The notes under the pieces: generated by a model
Told to the model about the DNA's origin: nothing
The model's input: the letters and a program-made list of their open reading frames with translations, nothing else
Database searches by the model: none
In this document: positions 48,689-57,600 of the stretch, in pieces
Position numbering within the stretch: position 1 is the stretch's first letter
Layout: each line of letters starts with the position of its first letter
Source: Macrostomum hystrix
Lineage: Eukaryota > Animalia > Platyhelminthes
Direction: 5' to 3'
Length of the DNA stretch: 64,000 nucleotides
Assembly: GCA_950097015.1 (NCBI GenBank)
Contig: CATNEN010000007.1
Location: 10,168,001-10,232,000 of the forward strand
Program-made: the position numbers and the translations under genes

Positions 48689-51600
48689 TGACACTAGACC
48701 CAAGGGCCAGTGCATGTGTTGTGTCAAGCACACTAGCAGGTGGGGACTGCACACCTATTACTACTACTATTACTACTACTACTGCTACTACTGCTACTAC
48801 TACTATTGCTACTGCTGCTACTACTGCTACTACTGCTACTACTGCTACTACTGCTACTACTGCTACTACTGCTACTACTGCTACTACTGCTACTACTGCT
48901 ACTACTGCTACTACTACTATTGCTACTGCTGCTACTACTACTACTGTCTCTTACCGGAGCCTGCCTGCCACCAAGCCGGTTATCCTGGGTGCCGCGCCGC
49001 TGTCCGCCGCCGCGCCGGCTCACCTCCAACATCTCGCGCCGCGTCAGCTGCAGGTGAAAAGTCTGGATTGGCGGTTTCACCAGGGCGTCCCGCAGGCTAC
49101 GCCGCAGCGGTGCCTCAGTGTTCTGAATGTAGTCGCGCACCGCCCGGTCAAGGGACTGCCATTCGCCGCCGCCACTAGCCGAGTCGCTGACGGCCGCCGG
49201 CTGGTGAAGGTAGAGCGAGCGGCTTGTATCCAAAGAGCGCTGAACGAAACCCAGGTGTTGCATCAGCGACCTTCGATCGTTATCCTGCGCAGAGGCAATT
49301 CCAGATTAGAAAATAGCATTTTTCTAAATAAAAATTCGATCTTGTCTACTTGTGCAGGCCAGTCAGTAGTAACAATAGTTGTGGCTCACCCCATTGCCGG
49401 CCACAACCAGCTTCAGATGATAATACGGGCTGGTTCTGTACAGCTGCAGCCGCAGGTGATTTAGCAGTGGAATTGTGCTCACAAAGTCTGCAATCGTGGA
49501 TTGCGATAAATTAACATTATGTGTACTCAATTGAGGGGGAATAAATGTGAGCATTTTCCTTGAGGATCAAACCTGAAGATCAAACTCAATGAACATCCCC
49601 AAATGAGAGATGAACTATTAATAACTGTTGACCATAGAAGTGGCGCGCACTTCTATATAAATTCCCGAGTAACAAATTTCTAGTTGGGTTCTATGGTAAC
49701 ATATTTCAACTGCTGTTTCAGGATCTGCGCCGCAATAGAAGATGCGAATTTGGATTTAAACCGCAGCTAAGGGTCGGATAATTTACTGAATGCATCGGCA
49801 AACAATAGACGAGCCACCAAAGCAGCCGCCATGCGCTCCTGCCCCCGCTAAGCTGCCACGGAAGCGGAGCCACGCCGAGGCAAACGCCGAGGCCACAACC
49901 AGCGCCAGCAGCAGCAGCGGCAGCCACGCCGGCTCGTCAACATCTCGGCGTCGCAGCGATTGCGGCCTGGGCGATGACCAAGAAGTTCTTGGCAATAACT
50001 TGGCAACGACCCTTCTCAGCTGCGTTGGCTGCGAAAGCGCCATCAGAGCAGGCGAGGAGATGATGCAATGCTCGGAGTGCCTGCTGGCCTGCCATGCGGC
50101 TCCGCTGTGTGTCACCGGCGCCTTCACCAACAACAGCTCATCGGCCGGTTTAGTCTGCCGGCTGTGCCTGCGGGCGACCATTGTCTCCGACGCTCCCGCC
50201 TCAGCGGATGGCGACGAGGCCTCGGTGTCGGCGGCTGACATCGCGCAAGGCATCGGGCTAGTGACCAACGAGTGCTCAGTGTGCCTGGAGCCGCTGCCGC
50301 ATGACAGGGTGGCTGCGCCCGACTGCTGCCCGCAGCACCGCTTCTGCCCGCCCTGCCTGCGCGACTGGGCCAGCCGCCACCGCATCTGCCCGCTGGACAG
50401 AAGGCCCTTCAACCAAATCCTCATCTGCTCCGGCCAGCTTCCAGGCGCCGTGCTGTGCAAGGAGGGCCCGAGAGTGCCAAAGAGGCGGGCAAGTCGCGAC
50501 GAGCACCACTGAGTAGGGGACTCAAGCATCAAACTTTGAGTACCTATTCGTTACAGATGCCTGGACGAGATTTCTAAGAATTGTTTCACAAAAGCACACG
50601 CCCGCGCCAGGACAAAGAGTAACAAAATTTAAATTCAATAATTCGTACTTTTTAATTGGAATTAAATCTGGCCACTTGGCGATTTGAAAATTGAAATCCG
50701 AAAATAAAAAAGTGCCGACTGGCCAGGAGACGAACCTTTCTGCGCAAACTGGCGCAGCGGCTCCTGCAGCTGGGCCGGGTCGCACACGAGGCGCATCAGT
50801 TGGCTGCACTGAGCCAGCTCCACCGGGATCTGCCGGATGCCCCGGTTGCTAGGGGCCGGGCGCAGGGAGGGAAGGTGACGGGCGGTTATTCGCTACGTCA
50901 GCATGCAGGAAAGAAATACAATAAAATTTCTAGCTAGCTTTTTCTCATTAGTTACCGAACTAACAAACCTTTTTTGCCGTGACTACAAATCGACTTTTCC
51001 GATTTTTTCCTTTTACAACTCGATAGGTGAAAATATGAAACCGATGACTCATTATCCCCCTCAGATCCCTGATGACTCATCATCCACCTCAGATCCCCTG
51101 ATGACTCATTATCCACCTCAGATCCCCCGATGACTCATCATCCACCTCAGATCACTGATGACTCATCATCCACCTCAGATCCCTGATGACTCATCATCCA
51201 CCTCAGATCCCCTGATGACTCATCATCCACCTCAGATCCCTGATGACTCATCATCCACCTCAGATCTCTGATGACTCATCATCCACCTCAGATCTCTGAT
51301 GACTCATCATCCACCTCAAATCCCTGATGACTCATCATCCACCTCAGATCCCCTGATGACTCATTATCCACCTCAGATCTCTGATGACTTATCATCCACC
51401 TCAGATCTCTGATGACTCATCATCCACCTCAGATCTCTGATGACTCATCATCCACCTCAGATCCCCTGATGACTCATTATCCACCTCAGATCCCCTGATG
51501 ACTCATCATCCACCTCAAATCCCTGATGACTCATCATCCACCTCAGATCCCTGATGACTCATCATCCACCTCAGATCACTGATGACTCATCATCCACCTC

Positions 51601-54600
51601 AAATCCCTGATGACTCATCATCCACCTCAAATCCCTGATGACTCATCATCCACCTCAGATCCCCTGATGACTCATTATCCACCTCAGATCTCTGATGACT
51701 CATCATCCACCTAAGATCTCTGATGACTCATCATCCACCTCAGATCTCTGATGACTCATCATCCACCTCAGATCCCTGATGACTCATCATCCACCTCAGA
51801 TCACTGATGACTCATTATCCACCTCAGATCTCTGATGACTCATTATCCAACTCAGATCCCGATGATCGCACGCCTGTCAAATGCGGGAGTTGCGAGGCAA
51901 TCATTCTACGCAGGAATGCCTCACCCTGAAATGTCCAGGGTCTCCAGCATGGCCAGCTGGCAGACGCTTGGCGGCACTCGATCCAGCCGGTTATCGCTGA
52001 GGAACAGCCGATGCAGGCTGGTCAGCTGCTTCGGGATCTCCAGCTGATGAATTAGAGTCATTTTGTGAAAAAAACGTGATAAATTTCCCAAACATGCTAT
52101 CATTTCTACTGAAGTTAGTAGCATGATCCAGACAACAAAATGATTGGCGAAAATAAGAGACTCACCTCGTACTCGTAGACCGGAGGCTGGACTGGGCGCA
52201 AGAACCAGGGAATCGGCAGGCGGCCGCTGCTCGATTCGCGCTTTAACCGCTCCTTCAGCTGGTTGCCGGCCAGGTCCAGCTCAAACAGCTTTTCGCAGTG
52301 CCACAGGTGGGCGGAAGGCAGCGTTGTGAGCTTGTTGCGGGCCAGGCACAGGCGGGACAGGGTCTCTGAGCCAGGCGGTGGGGTTGGCGTTTAGATAAAT
52401 CCGCATTGACAAGTTGTCGAAGGATTTAGGGTAGGCTGCTTGTCACTGAAGGATCTGAGGTGGATGATAAGTCATCAGGGATATCAGGTGGATGATGAGT
52501 CATCGGGGATCTGAGGTGGATGATGAGTCATAAGGGATCTGAGGTGGATGATGAGTCATCAGGGATTTGAGGTGGATGATGAGTCATAAAGGATCTGAGG
52601 TGGATGATGAGTCATCAGGGATATCAGGTGGATGATGAGTCATCGGGGATCTGAGGTGGATGATGAGTCATCAGGGATATCAGGTGGATGATGAGTCGTC
52701 GGGGATCTGAGGTGGATGATGAGTCATCAGTTATCTGAGGTGGATGATGAGTCATCAGTGATCTGAGGTGGATGATGAGTCATCGGGGATCTGAGGTGGA
52801 TGATGAGTCATCAGTGATCTGAGGTGGATGATGAGTCATAGTGAGATCTGGGGCAATTGAGTCGCCTTGAGTTCGTTTGAAGGACTCACTGATGGCCACC
52901 ATGAGCACGACAGACTTCTCAGCGGACAGTCTGTTGTCGGACAGTCGCAGCTCTCTGAGGCTGTTCTGCCACAGGGTGGCCATGTTGCCAGGGACGTCCG
53001 TGATGCTGTTTTTGCTAAGCTCCAGAACCTCCTGAATGAATGCATTTTTTTGTTCAGTAGACCAGTTTAGTCCCTGAACTAAAGTAAACCATCCAGGGTT
53101 TACTCGTAGATTCAGAGTCAAAATTTGTCCTTTCCAGAACAAAAAATTGTTCATGTATTTTTTATCCAGGTGAATATACTAGTTCTTTTCTGAATGAAGA
53201 CTAAAAATTGATTAGGCCTATGGGCAGGCATGCAGGAAGGCAGGCAGGCAGGCAGGCAGGCTCACCATCGGGCAGGCCCAGCTCTGAAAGCTGGTTAGTT
53301 GGTTTCCGTTGGCAAGGAGGCGGAGCAGCCGGCCGCAGACCTGGCTGAGCTGCGGCGGCATGGAGACGATGCCGTTGTCAGACAAGTCGAGGATCTGCAG
53401 CTGCCGGCAGGCCCAAGGGGCCGAGTTCCAGGCGGTCCGTCCCAGCAGATTTTTTGCAACGATCAGCTCCTGCAACGACTCAACTGCGAAGACATGCGGC
53501 GGCAGCTCCTTCAGGCAGTTCTGGGATAAATTCAGCTGAAGTAACGTCCTGCGGGTCGGTTGAGTAGCTTGGAGAGGAGAGCAGAAAAGAAGAGAGGAGA
53601 GGAGAGGAGAGGAGAGGAGAGAAGAGAGGAGAGTTGCGGAGAGGAGAGGAGAGGAGAGGAGAGGAGAGGAGAAGAGAGGAGAGGAGAGAAGAGAGGAGAG
53701 GAGAGGAGAGGAGAGGAGAAGAGAGGAGAGGAGAGAAGAGAGGAGAGGTGCGGAGAGGAGAGGAGAGGAGAGGAGAGGAGAGGAGAGGAGAGGAGAGGAG
53801 AAGAGAGGAGAGGAGAGGAGAGGAGAGAAGAGAGGAGAGGAGAGGAGAGGAGAGGAGAGGAGAGGAGAGGAGAGGAGAGGAGAGGAGAGGAGAGGAGAGG
53901 AGAGGAGAGGCGCACCTGGAAGGCTGGGTGCACTGGGGAGCCTCCTCCAGGCTGGCGATGTTATTCCGCGAGACGTCCAGCAGCCGCAGCCGCGGCAGGC
54001 CGTGCAGAAGGGCGGCAGGCAGACAGGTGAGGCCGCAGTCGACCAGCGTCAGCTCACTGATGGACTCAGCATCGGGCAGGTGGACGGGGCTGAGCCAGGC
54101 CAGGCGGACACCAGAGAGCTGGGCAGCGATGCTTGGCTTCCCAGCTCCGTCCAGGGCGCCGGTGTCCGGACGCACAGAGCGGCGGTGCATGAGCTGCGCC
54201 AGGGCGTCACGCAGGGTGCGGTCCCGCGACTGTGCGTGGACGGCCTCGCGTGGGTCGCAGGGAGCGCCTTTAGCCAGTAGGGCGGTCAGGAGTTCCACAT
54301 TGCCGGCGCGCAGTCCGACTGTCGTCGGCTCGGAGGTGGCCGCTGTGGCGCCGAGTTCCTGCAGCGTCCTGACGATGGCCAGTCCGTCGCTGGATTCGCT
54401 GTCGGTCTCGACGGAGGCGGCGGCCGCCTCAAGCAGGAGATTCAGCGACGCTGGCGGCAGTGGTGAAAAGTCTTGGCGGGCCGCCAGCAGCAGGTGGAAC
54501 ACCGCCGAGCTACCAGAGGCGCAGCACTCGAACCACGGGTTGCCCTGGCAGTCCGCCGGCGTCTGCGGCAGATCCGGCAGTCTGGCGCCAGCCTTTAGTA

Positions 54601-57600
54601 GAAGGTCCACCGCTTCCACTTTGCCATGCCTGCAGCGAATTTGTTGGGACTGTGTCTAACAGGTGTTAGATTCCACTGTCTAACAGGGTTTAGATTCCAC
54701 TGTCTAACATGGGTCAGATTCCACTGTCTAACAGGTGTTAGATTCCACTGTCTAACAGGTTTAGATTCCACTGTCTAACAGGGTTTAGATTCCACTGTCT
54801 TACAGGGTTTAGATTCTACTGTCTAACAGGGTTTAGATTCCACTGTCTAACAGGTGTTAGATTCCGCTGTCTAACAGGTTTAGATTCCACTGTCTAACAG
54901 GGTTTAGATTCCACTGTCTTACAGGGTTTAGATTCTACTGTCTAACAGGGTTTAGATTCCACTGTCTAACAGGTGTTAGATTCCGCTGTCTAACAGGGTT
55001 TAGATTCCACGGTCTAATAAGTGTTAGATTCCACTGTCTAACAAGGGTTAGATTCCACTGTCTAACAGGTGTTAGATTCCACTGTCTAAAAGGTTTAGAT
55101 TCCACTGTCTTACAGGGTTTAGATTCTACTGTCTAACAGGGTTTAGATTCCACTGTCTAACAGGTGTTAGATTCCGCTGTCTAACAGGGTTTAGATTCCA
55201 CTGTCTAACAGGTGTTAGATTCCGCTGTCTAACAGGGTTTAGATTCCACGGTCTAATAAGTGTTAGATTCCACTGTCTAACAAGGGTTAGATTCCACTGT
55301 CTAACAGGTGTTAGATTCCACTGTCTAACAGGTTTAGATTCCACTGTCTTACAGGGTTTAGATTCTACTGTCTAACAGGGTTTAGATTCCACTGTCTAAC
55401 AGGTGTTAGATTCCGCTGTCTAACAGGGTTTAGATTCCACTGTCTAACAGGTGTTAGATTCCACTGTCTAACAGGGTTTAGATTCCACGGTCTAATAAGT
55501 GTTAGATTCCACTGTCTAACAGGGGTTAGATTCCACTGTCTAACAGGTGTTAGATTCCACTGTCTAACAGATGTTAGATTCCACTGTCTAACAAGGGTTA
55601 GATTCCACTGTCTAACAGGTGTTAGATTCCACTGTCTAACAGGTTTAGATTCCACTGTCTAACAGGGTTTAGATTCCACTGTCTTACAGGGTTTAGATTC
55701 CACTGTCTAACAGATGTTAGATTCCACTGTCTAACAGGTGTTAGATTCCGCTGTCTAACAGGGTTTAGATTCCACTGTCTAACAGGTGTTAGATTCCACT
55801 GTCTAACAGGTGTTAGATTCCACTGTCTAACAGATGTTAGATTCCACTGTCTAACAAGGGTTAGATTCTACTGTCTAACAGGTGTTAGATTCCACTGTCT
55901 AACAGGGTTTAGATTCCACTGTCTTACAGGGTTCAGATTCCACTGTCTAACAGGGTTTAGATTCCACTGTCTTACAGGGTTTAGATTCCACTGTCTTACA
56001 GGGTTCAGATTCCACTGTCTAACAGGTGTTAGATTCCACTGTCTAACAGATGTTAGATTCCACTGTCTAACAAGGGTTAGATTCCACTGTCAAACAGGTG
56101 TTAGATTCCACTGTCTAACAGGTTTAGATTCCACTGTCTAACAGGGTTTAGATTCCACTGTCTTACAGGGTTTAGATTCTACTGTCTAACAGGGTTTAGA
56201 TTCCACTGTCTAACAGGTGTTAGATTCCGCTGTCTAACAGGGTTTAGATTCCACTGTCTAACAGGTGTTAGATTCCACTGTCTAACAGGGTTTAGATTCC
56301 ACGGTCTAATAAGTGTTAGATTCCACTGTCTAACAGGTGTTAGATTCCACTGTCTAACAGATGTTAGATTCCACTGTCTAACAAGGGTTAGATTCCACTG
56401 TCTAACAGGTGTTAGATTCCACTGTCTAACAGGTGTTAGATTCCACTGTCTAACAGGGTTTAGATTCCACTGTCTTACAGGGTTCAGATTCCACTGTCTA
56501 ACAGGGTTTAGATTCCACTATCTAACAGGGTTCAGATTCCACTGTCTAACAGGGTTTAGATTCCACTGTCTAACAGGGTTTAGATTCCACTGTCTAACAG
56601 GGTTTAGATTCCACTGTCTAACAGGGTTTAGATTCCACTGTCTAACAGGGTTCAGATTCCACTGTCTAACAGGGTTTAGATTCCACTGTCTAACAGGGTT
56701 TAGATTCCACTGTCTTACAGGGTTTAGATTCCACTGTCTAACAGGGTTTAGATTCCACTATCTAACAGGGTTCAGATTCCACTGTCTAACAGGTGTTAGA
56801 TTCCACTGTCTAACAGGGTTTAGATTCCACTATCTAACAGGTGTCAGATTCCACTGTCTAACAGGTTCAGATTCCACTATCTAACAGGGTTCAGATTCCA
56901 CTGTCTAACAGGTGTTAGATTCCACTGTCTAACAGGGTTCAGATTCCACTGTCTAACAGGTGTTAGATTCCACTGTCTAACAGGGTTTAGATTCCACTGT
57001 CTTACAGGGTTTAGATTCCACTGTCTAACAGGGTTTAGATTCCACTATCTAACAGGGTTCAGATTCCACTGTCTAACAGGTGTTAGATTCCACTGTCTAA
57101 CAGGGTTCAGATTCCACTGTCTAACAGGGTTTAGATTCCACTGTCTAACAGGTGTTAGATTCCACTGTCTAACAGGTGTTAGATTCCACTATCTAACAGG
57201 GTTCAGATTCCACTGTCTAATAGGTGTTAGATTCCACTGTCTAACAGGGTTTAGATTCCACTATCTAACAGGGTTCAGATTCCACTGTCTGACGTAAGAA
57301 AGTTGACCCAATGTCGCCTGCAGCTGATCTGGTCCAATACACGGATAAGGTTTCTGCTTTGCTGACCTCAGGTTAGTAACCTAGAGAGACAGAGATTTGC
57401 AATCAGGTTGAGCGCACAGAAAGCACAAAGACAGCGGTTTTCACCGTCCAGATAAAGCTCCGCTGGATACAATCTTGAGTGTGCCAGCGTGTCATTTAGA
57501 TCAGAACAAACTACGAGTACGAGCTCGTATTGTGTTCAGCCAAAGCTTTTTTGGCGAATCAAGACGTAATACTCAGATAACGACACGCAGGCACCCTACT

